Assembly: GCA_963731625.1 (NCBI GenBank)
Contig: CAVSWH010000023.1
Coordinates: 96,174 to 160,173 of the forward strand
DNA length: 64,000 nt
Reading direction: 5' to 3'
Source of the DNA: an uncultured Actinomycetes bacterium
Lineage (GTDB): Bacteria; Actinomycetota; Acidimicrobiia; IMCC26256; PALSA-555
Below, one piece after another: positions 17,046-26,294 of this stretch. The position numbers and the translations under genes were made by a program. The notes under the pieces are model-generated. The model did no database searches. It saw nothing but the letters and a program-made list of their open reading frames with translations, and had not been told where the DNA came from. How positions within the stretch are numbered: position 1 is the first letter of the stretch; the number at the start of each line of letters is the position of its first letter.

Positions 17046-18229
17046 ACGGCGGACCGCAGCACCCACGTACGGACCAGCGCGAGGCGGGCGACCGTCGCGC
17101 CGGTCCAGGTCACGGCGAGTGCCACGAGCTCGAGCGTCAGGCCGCCGCCGAGCGCGTCGACGAGCCCGAGCGCGGCGCTCGTCACCGCGAGGGCGCCGAG
17201 CCACACGGCCAACGCACCGCGCCAGTGCCGTCCCGCCAGCCCACTGCCCACGACGAAGTGGCGGTTCGCCCACGTGTTGCCGAGGAAGGTGGCCGTGACC
17301 GCGATGGCGTTCGCCGCGATCGCCCCGACGGACTCGCGCAGCGCCAGGAAGATGGCGAGGGACACGGCCGTGCTGAGCAGCCCGATCACGCCGAAGCGGA
17401 CGATGCGCCGGCCGAAGTCGTCCCCGAGACGGTCGCGGCCTGCATCGGCGAACTCGATCCGCCCGCGCCCGGTGACGAAGCGCCAGGCCATCCGGGCCGC
17501 GCCGCGGAGATCCTGGACGGCGGTGGGTACCACCCGCACGCGGCTGTCTGAGTCGTCCACCCAGTCGACCGGCAGCTCGTGGATGCGCAAGCCGTTGTGC
17601 TCGGCGAGGAGCAGCAGCTCGGTGTCGAAGAACCAGGCCTGGTCGGTCACCGCGTCGAGCAGGGGCCCGACGACGTCGGCTCGGATCGCCTTGAAGCCGC
17701 ACTGCGCGTCGCGGACCCGGCTGGCGAACACCACCCGCAGCATGAGGTTGTAGAGGCGCGAGATCAGCTCCCGCTTGGGGCCGCGCGCCACCTCGCTGCC
17801 GGGCAGCAGGCGCGAACCGATCGCGATGTCGGAGTGACCCGAGATGAGCGGCGCGACCAGTGGCAGCAGCGCACTCAGGTCGGTGGAGAGGTCGACGTCG
17901 GTGTACGCCACCACCGCGGCGTCGCTCGCCTGCCACGCGGCCCGCAGGGCGCGCCCGCGACCGGGCCGGTCGACCCGGACCGTCCGCACGCCGGGCAGGT
18001 GCTCGGCGAGGTCGGCGGCGAGCGCGCCGGTGCCGTCGTCGGACCCGCTGTCGGCGATCGTGATGCGCCACGACACCGGGAAATGCGCCACGAGGTAGTC
18101 GCGCAGGCGCCCGATGTTGGCCTCAAGCACCTGCGCCTCGTTGTGGACCGGCACGACGATGTCGACCGTCGGCGCGGCCGGCTCGGCCCGCGCGTCGCGG
18201 TGCGACTCGTCGGTCGAGGTCGGCATCAC
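17042..18229 (-). CDS. bifunctional glycosyltransferase family 2 / GtrA-family protein (polyprenyl-phosphate sugar synthase-like)
   Basis: 395-aa ORF. The GT2 core is VDIVVPVHNEAQVL ... DSGSDDGT ... DVDLSTD ... QCGFKA. The C-terminal four-TM GtrA-like segment is RFGVIGLLSTAVSLAIFLAL.... Confidence 0.9.
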   Translation of the reverse strand: MMPTSTDESHRDARAEPAAPTVDIVVPVHNEAQVLEANIGRLRDYLVAHFPVSWRITIADSGSDDGTGALAADLAEHLPGVRTVRVDRPGRGRALRAAWQASDAAVVAYTDVDLSTDLSALLPLVAPLISGHSDIAIGSRLLPGSEVARGPKRELISRLYNLMLRVVFASRVRDAQCGFKAIRADVVGPLLDAVTDQAWFFDTELLLLAEHNGLRIHELPVDWVDDSDSRVRVVPTAVQDLRGAARMAWRFVTGRGRIEFADAGRDRLGDDFGRRIVRFGVIGLLSTAVSLAIFLALRESVGAIAANAIAVTATFLGNTWANRHFVVGSGLAGRHWRGALAVWLGALAVTSAALGLVDALGGGLTLELVALAVTWTGATVARLALVRTWVLRSAV

Positions 18230-18405
18230 GCTTCCAATCTCACGTTGTCACGATAAGTGCGCGGGCAGCGGCGAGCGGGTTCGGCTCCCTTCCGGGGCCC
18301 GCCCGCCGCCCTGCGTCCCGAGAAGCCCCCGGGGGAACCCGCCGACGTCAGTCTGCCCGGACGACCGCCCGCCGAGCGGACGGGCAACGGCGGCCCCGAT
18401 CGGCG

Positions 18406-19386
18406 ATGATGCGGCGCATGCGGCCGTGGCCCGCCCTGGCGCTGCTCATCGCCGGGCTCCTCGTGGTGCCGGCCGTCGGCGCCGCGGCCCTGCCCGCCGC
18501 GGTGCCTGCGGCGGGCTATGCCGTCGGCGTCCGCACCGAGCCGTTCGTGGACACGAGCCGTCCGACACCGCCGAACGGGTCGTACGCGGGGAGCCCGAGC
18601 CGCACGCTGCCGACGGTCGTCTACTACCCGGCGCGCGGCACGGCCGGGCCAGCCGACCGTCCCGGCGCGGTGGCGGCGTCCGGGGCGTTCCCGCTCGTCG
18701 TGTTCGCCCACGGGAACGGCTCGAACGGGCCGACGTACGAGCCGATGCTGCGGCAGTGGGCCGCCGCCGGGTACGTGGTCGCCGCGCCGACGTTTCCGCT
18801 GTCGAGCCGCGGCGCACCGGGCGGCGTCACGATCTCGGACTATCTCCACCAGCCCGGTGACGTGAGCTTCGTGATCACGTCGATGCTGCGCCTCGACCGC
18901 GCGGCGAGCAGCCCGTTCCACGGCCTCGTCGCACCGGGGCGCGTCGCCGTGATCGGCCACTCGCTCGGGGCGGCCACGGTCCTCGGCGTCGCCGAGAACA
19001 GCTGCTGTCGGGACGCGCGCCTCCGCGCCGCCGTCTCGATCGACGGGCTCGAGCTGCCCTTCCCGTCGGGGCAGTTCTTCGCCGGCCGGCCCGTCCCGCT
19101 CCTCCTCTTCCATGGTGACGCCGACCAGACCGTCCCGTACTCGTCGAGCGTGCAGGTCTACGCCGCCGCGCCGCCCCCCAAGTTCTTCGTGACGCTGCAC
19201 GGAGCACCCCACACGTCGTTCCCCCAGACGACGGGCCCGCAGCCGACGCCGTGGGAGCCGGTCATCGTCCACTCGGTGCTCGACTTCCTCGCCCGCTACC
19301 TGGGCGGCAGCTCGGCGGCGCCCACACGCCTGCAGACCGACGCCACCGTCCCCGGCGTCGCGAGCGTCCAGGCCCAGGCCGGGTAG
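18406..19386 (+). CDS. secreted alpha/beta hydrolase (chlorophyllase / PAF-acetylhydrolase-like)
   Basis: Signal peptide MMRRMRPWPALALLIAGLLVVPAVGAAA, the block FPLVVFAHGNG, and the nucleophile elbow GHSLGA. Confidence 0.8.
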   Translation: MMRRMRPWPALALLIAGLLVVPAVGAAALPAAVPAAGYAVGVRTEPFVDTSRPTPPNGSYAGSPSRTLPTVVYYPARGTAGPADRPGAVAASGAFPLVVFAHGNGSNGPTYEPMLRQWAAAGYVVAAPTFPLSSRGAPGGVTISDYLHQPGDVSFVITSMLRLDRAASSPFHGLVAPGRVAVIGHSLGAATVLGVAENSCCRDARLRAAVSIDGLELPFPSGQFFAGRPVPLLLFHGDADQTVPYSSSVQVYAAAPPPKFFVTLHGAPHTSFPQTTGPQPTPWEPVIVHSVLDFLARYLGGSSAAPTRLQTDATVPGVASVQAQAG

Positions 19387-19446
19387 GCGGGTGCCCGGCG
19401 CCGGCCGGCTGCGGCGGCCGCGCGTCGTCGTCGCGCCACCTCACCG

Positions 19447-19893
19447 GTGACGCCGTACGTCAGCGCGGGCGCCGGCTTCCTGCTCGCCGTCGTGTGGTTC
19501 GATCTCATGTTCGACGTGCAGGTGCTCCGGCACCGGCAGGGCGACCTCCCCGAGCCCGTCCTCGTCTCGGTCGCCGGCTACTACCGGCGGGTGACGACCG
19601 CGGCCCGGCCGATGAACCGGCTCGTCGCGGCTGTGATGGTGGGCACGCTCACCGCGATCGTCCTCGAGCTCACGAGCGGGGACGTCGCCGGGTGGGTCGC
19701 GTGGGTGTCGCTCGGCCTCGCCGGGACCGCCGTGCTGCTGGCCGGGCTGCGCACCGTCCCCCAGGCCGTGCGGCTCGGAGCGCGCACCGACACCGTCGAG
19801 CGTCAGAGCCGCCTTGCGCGCTCGATCTGCGTCGAGCACCTCGGGGTGCTCGCCGCGCTCGCGTCGCTCCTGGTGGTGCAGCTCGCCGGCTGA
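19447..19893 (+). CDS. hypothetical integral membrane protein
   Basis: 148-aa ORF (GTG start) with four hydrophobic segments. No family assigned with confidence. Confidence 0.6.
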   Translation: MTPYVSAGAGFLLAVVWFDLMFDVQVLRHRQGDLPEPVLVSVAGYYRRVTTAARPMNRLVAAVMVGTLTAIVLELTSGDVAGWVAWVSLGLAGTAVLLAGLRTVPQAVRLGARTDTVERQSRLARSICVEHLGVLAALASLLVVQLAG

Positions 19894-19964
19894 CCCAGTT
19901 GACCGGTCGCGGCGCGGTCGGCGACAGTCCGTGCGCACCCGACCGCGAGCCCGGAGGATCGACG

Positions 19965-22268
19965 GTGGCACGCCCAGCGTTCGGAGGCCGGATCGGCCGC
20001 GACTGGCGCGACTCGGAGCCGTGGTGGCCGCCGGACCCGGCGCCGCCCGACGGCGCCCCGAACGTGGTGCTGATCGTCCTCGACGACGTCGGGTTCGCCC
20101 AGCTCGGCTGCTACGGCTCCGACATCGACACGCCCGTGATCGACGGGCTGGCGGCGGGCGGGGTGCGCCTCACGAACTTCCACACCACGGCGCTGTGCTC
20201 GCCGACGCGGGCGTGCCTGCTCACCGGCCGCAACCACCACCGCAGCGGGATGGGCCGCGTCGCTGACCTCGCCATGGGCTACCCCGGCTACTCGGGCACG
20301 CCGCCCCGGGAGAACGGCTTCCTGTCCGAGATGCTGCGCGCCCAGGGCTACGCGACGTACGCCGTCGGCAAGTGGCACCTCACCCCCGACGACGAGACCC
20401 ACATGGGGGCGCCACGCTGGACCTGGCCGCTCGGGCGGGGCTTCGACCGCTGGTACGGGTTCCACGGCGGCGAGACGCACCAGTTCGTGCCGAACCTTTT
20501 CCACGACAACCACTCGGTGGTGCCGCCGCGCACGGTCGAGGAGGGCTACCACCTGAGCGCCGACCTCGCCGACCGGGCGATCAGCTACCTCGGGGACCTG
20601 CGGGCGGTGGACGTCGAGCGGCCGTTCTTCCTCTATTTCTGCACCGGCGCGTGCCACTCGCCGCACCACGCCCCCCGCGAGTGGATCGAGCGGTACCGAG
20701 GGAAGTTCGACGACGGCTGGGACGCCCTGCGGGAGCGGGTCTTCGCCCGCCAGCTGGAGCGGGGCGTCCTCCCCGCGGGGACGCGCCTCTCGCCGCGCCC
20801 GTCCTGGGTGCCCGCCTGGGAGGACCTCGACCGGGCGGACCGGACGGTCGCGGCACGGTTCATGGAGTGCTTCGCCGCCTTCCTCTCCTACACCGACGCG
20901 CAGATCGGCCGGCTGCTCGGCTTCCTCGACGACGTCGGCGACCGGGACGACACGCTCGTGCTGCTCGTCTCGGACAACGGGGCCAGCGCCGAGGGCGGGC
21001 GGGACGGCTCGATCAACGACGGGCGCCTGTCGAACTTCGACCCGGCCGGCCGGCACGAGATGCAGGCCCGCATCGACGAGATCGGCACCGCCTCGACGCA
21101 CAACAACTATCCGTGGGGCTGGACGATGGCCGGCAACACGCCCTTCAAGCGGTGGAAGCGTGAGGTCCACGAGGGTGGCGTCGCCGACCCGTGCATCGTG
21201 TCCTGGCCGGCCCGGTTCGGCGACTCAGCGGGCACGGTGCGCCACCAGTTCGCGCACGCGATCGACGTGGTGCCGACCGTGCTCGAGCTCGTCGGGACCG
21301 GGGTCCCGGAGGAGCTCGACTACGTCCCCCAGACGTCGATCGACGGCACGAGCTTCGCCTACCTGCTCGCCCCCGACGGCGCCGAGGCGGCCGGACGCCA
21401 CCTCACGCAGCACTTCGAGATGTTCGGGTCGCGCGCGCTGTACCACGACGGGTGGAAGGCGGTGACGTTCCATCCGATCGGCGCGATGTACGGCGACGGG
21501 CTGAACCCGAACGCGCCGTTCGACGACGATGTGTGGGAGCTGTACCACGTCGTCGAGGACCACTCCGAGACGACCGACCGGGCGGCCGAGGAGCCCGAGC
21601 GGGTCGCGGCGATGGTGGCGCGCTGGTGGGAGGAGGCGGCGCGCAACGACGTGCTGCCGCTCGACAACCGGGTGCTCGAGACGATGGCGCACCCCAAGCC
21701 GTCGCGGGCGCGGTCCCGCGACGCGTTCCGCTACTTTCCGGGCGGATCCCAGGTGCCCGAGCGCAACGCCGCGTACGTGCACAACCGGTCGCACACCCTG
21801 CGCGTCGAGGTCGAGGTCCCGGCCGGGACGGTCCCCTCGGGGGTGCTGCTCGCGATCGGGTGCGTCCTCGGTGGGTGGTCGCTGCACGTGCTCGACGGCC
21901 GTCCTCGCTACGTCCACAACCTGTACGGCAAGGAGCGCTACCTCGTGGAGGCCGACGTGCCGCTGCCGGCGGGTCGCCACGTCGTCGAGCTCGCCTTCGA
22001 GAAGGACGACGGGCTCGGCGGGCACGCTGTCCTGTCCTGCGACGGGACGACGCTCGCCGAGGGCGAGATCCCGCGCTTCACGCCGACTGCGTTCAACGGG
22101 GTCGGGATCGGGCTCACCTGCGGGTACGAGTGGGGACCCGCGGTCGGCGAGGGTTACACCGCGCCGTTCCCGTTCAACGGGACGATCCGACGCGCCGAGA
22201 TCCGCGCCACCGGCCCGGTGATCCGCGACCCCGTCGCCGAGCTGGCCGCCATCCTCGCCGAGCAGTAG
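19965..22268 (+). CDS. arylsulfatase (type I, formylglycine-dependent)
   Basis: The GTG at 19965 has GGAGG 7 nt upstream, inside ORF 19251..22268. NVVLIVLDDVGF plus the C-x-P-x-R formylglycine motif (LCSPTRACLLTGR). Length is about 767 aa. Confidence 0.9.
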   Translation: MARPAFGGRIGRDWRDSEPWWPPDPAPPDGAPNVVLIVLDDVGFAQLGCYGSDIDTPVIDGLAAGGVRLTNFHTTALCSPTRACLLTGRNHHRSGMGRVADLAMGYPGYSGTPPRENGFLSEMLRAQGYATYAVGKWHLTPDDETHMGAPRWTWPLGRGFDRWYGFHGGETHQFVPNLFHDNHSVVPPRTVEEGYHLSADLADRAISYLGDLRAVDVERPFFLYFCTGACHSPHHAPREWIERYRGKFDDGWDALRERVFARQLERGVLPAGTRLSPRPSWVPAWEDLDRADRTVAARFMECFAAFLSYTDAQIGRLLGFLDDVGDRDDTLVLLVSDNGASAEGGRDGSINDGRLSNFDPAGRHEMQARIDEIGTASTHNNYPWGWTMAGNTPFKRWKREVHEGGVADPCIVSWPARFGDSAGTVRHQFAHAIDVVPTVLELVGTGVPEELDYVPQTSIDGTSFAYLLAPDGAEAAGRHLTQHFEMFGSRALYHDGWKAVTFHPIGAMYGDGLNPNAPFDDDVWELYHVVEDHSETTDRAAEEPERVAAMVARWWEEAARNDVLPLDNRVLETMAHPKPSRARSRDAFRYFPGGSQVPERNAAYVHNRSHTLRVEVEVPAGTVPSGVLLAIGCVLGGWSLHVLDGRPRYVHNLYGKERYLVEADVPLPAGRHVVELAFEKDDGLGGHAVLSCDGTTLAEGEIPRFTPTAFNGVGIGLTCGYEWGPAVGEGYTAPFPFNGTIRRAEIRATGPVIRDPVAELAAILAEQ

Positions 22269-22312
22269 TCGCCACGCCGCCGCTACGGTGGCGGCTCCGG
22301 GGAAGGAACGCG

Positions 22313-23269
22313 ATGCCACTCGATCCCGAGATTCGCAAGCTGCTCGACGACCTCGCGCCGGTGATGGGCGAGCTCGACGAGCAGACCCCGGCGGAGGCGC
22401 GGGCGCTGGCCGACGAGGGGATGGCGGCGCTCAGCGGGCCGGGGGACCCGTCGGTGACGAGCACCGACGTCCGCGTCCCCGGTGCCGGAGGCGACATCCC
22501 CGTCCGCGTGTACGTGCCGGCCGCGGCGGCGACGCCGCTCCCGGTCGTCGTGTATCTCCACGGCGGCGGCTTCGTGATCGGGAGCATCCGCTCCCACGAC
22601 GGGATGTGCCGCGACCTCACGGCCGCGAGCGGCGCGATCTTCGCGTCGGTCGAGTACCGGCTCGCGCCCGAGCACCGGTTCCCGGCCGCGGTCGAGGACT
22701 GCTGGGCCGCGCTGCAGTGGGTGCACGACCACGCCGCCGAGCTCGGCGGCGACCCGGACCGCCTGGCGATCGCCGGCGACAGCGCGGGCGGGACGCTCGC
22801 CGCCGTCACCGCGATCCTCGCCCGCGACCACGGCGGGCCTGCGCTGCGCTGCCAGCTGCTCGTCTACCCCGGCACCGGCGTCACCGAGGACCAGGCCTCG
22901 ATCCGCGACAACGGCGAGGGATACCTCCTGAGCACGCGCGACATCGTCTGGTTCCGGGACCACTACCTCGGCCCGCACGGCGACGACCACGACCCGCGCT
23001 TCGACCCGATCTACGTCACCGACCTGTCGGGCGTCGCGCCCGCGCACGTGATCACCTGCGAGTACGACCCCCTGCGGGACGGCGGCCAGGCGTACGCGGC
23101 GCGCCTGGCGGCCGACGGCGTGCCCGTCACACAGCGCTGCTACGAGGGGCTCATCCACGGCGCGCTCGGCATCGAGGCCGTGTCGGCCGCGTCGCGCGAC
23201 ATGATCCACGACGCGAGCGAGGTGCTGCGCGCCGCGCTCGCCCGCGAGGCCGCACCCACCACCGCCTGA
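22313..23269 (+). CDS. alpha/beta hydrolase fold-3 esterase/lipase (HSL family)
   Basis: ATG at 22313 (GGAAGGAA upstream). HGGGF oxyanion motif, GDSAGG nucleophile motif, and the distal DPLRD and H residues. Confidence 0.9.
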   Translation: MPLDPEIRKLLDDLAPVMGELDEQTPAEARALADEGMAALSGPGDPSVTSTDVRVPGAGGDIPVRVYVPAAAATPLPVVVYLHGGGFVIGSIRSHDGMCRDLTAASGAIFASVEYRLAPEHRFPAAVEDCWAALQWVHDHAAELGGDPDRLAIAGDSAGGTLAAVTAILARDHGGPALRCQLLVYPGTGVTEDQASIRDNGEGYLLSTRDIVWFRDHYLGPHGDDHDPRFDPIYVTDLSGVAPAHVITCEYDPLRDGGQAYAARLAADGVPVTQRCYEGLIHGALGIEAVSAASRDMIHDASEVLRAALAREAAPTTA

Positions 23270-23348
23270 GGGGCGCGCCCGACGCCGACCCGGGTGGCAG
23301 GCCTACCGTGGCGCTCGCACAGCCGTCCCCTTACGCGGAGGCAACACC

Positions 23349-23930
23349 ATGTCCGACACGCCGTCCTACCTCGGCCTCCTCAACGCGGTCTCGCTGAACG
23401 AGTCGCGGGCCTACGCCTACCTGTCGGCCTGGGCCGACGTCACCCCGCACGACGGGGTACGGGACGTGCTGCGCACCGTCGCCGCCCGGGAGGGCGAGCA
23501 CGGCATGAGCTTCGCGAAGCGAATCAACGAGCTCGGCTACCAGCTGCGGCCGAAGGAGGACCCGGACTTCGAGCGTCAGATGGCCGCCGCTCGATCCGAG
23601 CGCCCGGACCGGGAGAAGTTCGAGGCGCTCGGCGTGCTCCGCTTCGACAGCGCCGACAAGCCGGACATCTTCGACAAGTTCTTCACCGACCACTCGATCG
23701 ACATCCGCACCGGGGAGCTGCTCGGCCGCTACATCGCCGAGGAACGCGACTCCCTCCGGCTGCTGCGCGGCTGCTACGACGCCCTCGGACCGAGCCGCAA
23801 CGGGTCCGACCCGATGAGCGACCCCGTGTCGTGGCTCGCGGCGAAGCTCGACGCCGTCGGGCGGGCCGTCGACGAGCTCCGCCAGGTCGTCGCCGCCCAG
23901 GTCATGCCCTCGAACACGGTCGACCGCTGA
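23349..23930 (+). CDS. hypothetical protein, possibly ferritin-like/helical
   Basis: 193-aa ORF with coding-like composition. It has a REGEHG (ExxH-like) element. The family call is tentative. Confidence 0.65.
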   Translation: MSDTPSYLGLLNAVSLNESRAYAYLSAWADVTPHDGVRDVLRTVAAREGEHGMSFAKRINELGYQLRPKEDPDFERQMAAARSERPDREKFEALGVLRFDSADKPDIFDKFFTDHSIDIRTGELLGRYIAEERDSLRLLRGCYDALGPSRNGSDPMSDPVSWLAAKLDAVGRAVDELRQVVAAQVMPSNTVDR

Positions 23931-23941
23931 GCCGGCTCACC

Positions 23942-25453
23942 ATGACGGTGTCGCGCCTGCTGCGGCCCGCCCTCCTCGCGGCGCTCGGCGCCGGCCTCCT
24001 CGTGGCCGGCCTCGCCGTCCCCGTCGCGGCGCAGCCCGCATCGCGCGACACCGCCACGCCGACCGGAGTCCCGACGCCGACCGTGTCCGGTCCCGTGACC
24101 GGAGGGAACGGCATCAGCCTGATCAGCACGAGCTTCGACCTCGCGAGCGTCGGCTACACCGAACAGGAGTACTTCCTCAGCGGGACCGCCCGCGCCTTCA
24201 CGTCTAAGACGCGGCTCACGACCGACGGCCGCTGGCACGTCCAGCCCGTCTCGTCGGCGCCGTACAAGACGCGGATCGTCGTCTACCGGCCGACGAGCGC
24301 GAAACGGTTCAACGGCAACGTCGTCGTCGAGTGGCTGAACGTCAGTGCGGGCGCCGACACGGCGGTCGAGTGGGTCGGAGCGCACACGTCGCTCATCCGG
24401 GACGGCGCGGCGTACGTCGGCGTCAGCGCCCAGGCCGTCGGGGTGCAAGGCGGCGCCGCCGCGGCCGGCCCGATCGCGGGGGGCGGGCTCCGCGCCGCCG
24501 ACCCCGCCCGCTACGGCTCCCTCAGCCACCCGGGCGACAGCTACGCCTACGACATCTTCTCCCAGGCCGGCCTCGTCGCCCGCGGTCACCTGCACCCCGA
24601 CCCGCTCGCCGGCCTCGCCGTGCACCACGTCATCGCCGCCGGTGAGTCGCAGTCCGCGTTCGCGATGGTCACCTACATCGACGCGGTCCAGCCGCTCGAC
24701 CACGTCTTCGACGGCTTCCTCGTGCACAGCACGTGGGCGAGAGACGAGCCCCTGTCGCAGGCCCCGCAACCCGTCGTGGACGTGCCGCGGGACACGGTGA
24801 TCCGAACGGGCCTCGGCGTCCCGGTGCTGGTCTTCGAGACCGAGACCGACCTCCTGAACGGCTACGCGTCCGTCGGGCAGCCCGACACGAGCGAGGTCCG
24901 CGTCTGGGAGGTGGCGGGCACCGCGCACGCCGACGCCTACACGGCGAACATCGGCTTCACCGACACCGGGACCGGACAGGCCGAGCGCACGCTGCTCGAC
25001 CTGGGCGCGGTCGGGGGCGGGCCGCTCGGCTGCAGCCAGCCGATCAACACCGGCCCCGCCTACCTCGTGCTGAACACGGCCGTGCACGACCTGCAAGCGT
25101 GGGTGGCCAAGGGGACGGCGCCGCCGCGCGCGCCCCGCCTGGCCGTGACCGCCGGGCCGCCCGTCACGATCGCCCGCGACGCGCACGGCAACGCCGTGGG
25201 CGGGATCCGCACCCCGCTCGTGGACGCGCCGACCGCGACGCTGACCGGCGTCCCCAACGCGGGCGGGCCGTTCTGCGTCCTGTTCGGCTCGATGACGCCG
25301 TTCGACGCGGCGACGCTGTCGGCCCTCTACCCGACGCACACGGCGTACGTCACTGCGTTCGACCACGCCACCGACCAGGCGCTGCACGCCGGGTTCCTGC
25401 TCGCTCCCGACGCGGCAAACCTCAAGGGGGCGGCCAGCGACGCCACCGGCTGA
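23942..25453 (+). CDS. secreted alpha/beta-hydrolase-domain protein
   Basis: ATG at 23942 inside ORF 23294..25453. Signal peptide MTVSRLLRPALLAALGAGLLVAGLAVPVAA. The block YKTRIVVYRPTSAKRFNGNVVVEWLNVS resembles a family annotated as alpha/beta hydrolase domain proteins (recalled, not searched). Confidence 0.7.
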   Translation: MTVSRLLRPALLAALGAGLLVAGLAVPVAAQPASRDTATPTGVPTPTVSGPVTGGNGISLISTSFDLASVGYTEQEYFLSGTARAFTSKTRLTTDGRWHVQPVSSAPYKTRIVVYRPTSAKRFNGNVVVEWLNVSAGADTAVEWVGAHTSLIRDGAAYVGVSAQAVGVQGGAAAAGPIAGGGLRAADPARYGSLSHPGDSYAYDIFSQAGLVARGHLHPDPLAGLAVHHVIAAGESQSAFAMVTYIDAVQPLDHVFDGFLVHSTWARDEPLSQAPQPVVDVPRDTVIRTGLGVPVLVFETETDLLNGYASVGQPDTSEVRVWEVAGTAHADAYTANIGFTDTGTGQAERTLLDLGAVGGGPLGCSQPINTGPAYLVLNTAVHDLQAWVAKGTAPPRAPRLAVTAGPPVTIARDAHGNAVGGIRTPLVDAPTATLTGVPNAGGPFCVLFGSMTPFDAATLSALYPTHTAYVTAFDHATDQALHAGFLLAPDAANLKGAASDATG

Positions 25454-25454
25454 T

Positions 25455-26249
25455 TCAGCCGGGCGTCGCGACCACGAGCATCCCGCGCCGGCCCGGCCCG
25501 CGCCGGCGCACCTCGTCGCGATGCATCTCGCGCGCGACGCTCCACCCCGTCTGGTCGAGCTGGCGGGCGACACCGCCGTGCTCGTAGGCGGAACGCCGGG
25601 GCTCGCCGACGACGCGAAGCATCAGCCGGCGCCAGAGCTCACGGGCCGTCGGCGGGCCGCCCGGGCCGGGCAGCCGCTCCCGGGTGCTGAGCGCCAGCCG
25701 GCTCCCCGGCGCGGCCCGGGCGCGCAGGTCGGTCAGGAGCTGCACCACCACCTCGGGCGTGAGGTAGAGGAGGAGGCCCTCGCAGACGAACAGGCTCGCC
25801 GCGTCGGCGCGGTGGCCGGCCGCGGCGAGCGCCGGGCCGACCCGTGCGGCCATGAGGTCGACCTCCACGAACGTGAGGCCGTCGAGCGGGACACTGAGCT
25901 GCTCGACGCGGCGGCGCTTGTCCGCCTGGGTCGCGGGATGGTCGACCTCGAAGTAGTGGACGTCGGGATGCCGGAAGCGCAGCGCACGCCCGTCGTAGCC
26001 GGCGCCGACGAGCACGATCTGGGGCACGCCCGCGGTCAGCGCGTCGAGGACCTCGTGATCGAAGAACCGGGTGCGGCGCTCGATGCGCTGCCCGCCGCGT
26101 CCGCCGAAGTGGAACCCGCGCACCGGGCCGAGCCCGGCGTAGAGGCGCTGCTCCGCCTCGGGGTCGCCCCCCGGCGTGCTCGGGCGATCCATGCGCGACC
26201 GCGTCAGCGCCACGCCGCGGGCGGTGACGGACGGTCGGTCGGCCTTCAC
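25455..26249 (-). CDS. class I SAM-dependent methyltransferase (LCMT / mycobacterial O-methyltransferase-like)
   Basis: 264-aa ORF. QIVLVGAGYDGRALR, FEVDHPATQ and VCEGLLLYL blocks are typical of the TIGR00027-type family. Confidence 0.8.
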   Translation of the reverse strand: MKADRPSVTARGVALTRSRMDRPSTPGGDPEAEQRLYAGLGPVRGFHFGGRGGQRIERRTRFFDHEVLDALTAGVPQIVLVGAGYDGRALRFRHPDVHYFEVDHPATQADKRRRVEQLSVPLDGLTFVEVDLMAARVGPALAAAGHRADAASLFVCEGLLLYLTPEVVVQLLTDLRARAAPGSRLALSTRERLPGPGGPPTARELWRRLMLRVVGEPRRSAYEHGGVARQLDQTGWSVAREMHRDEVRRRGPGRRGMLVVATPG

Positions 26250-26294
26250 GCGCCGATCGTCCCACGGCCGACGGCCGACGGGGGCGCGAGGTGG

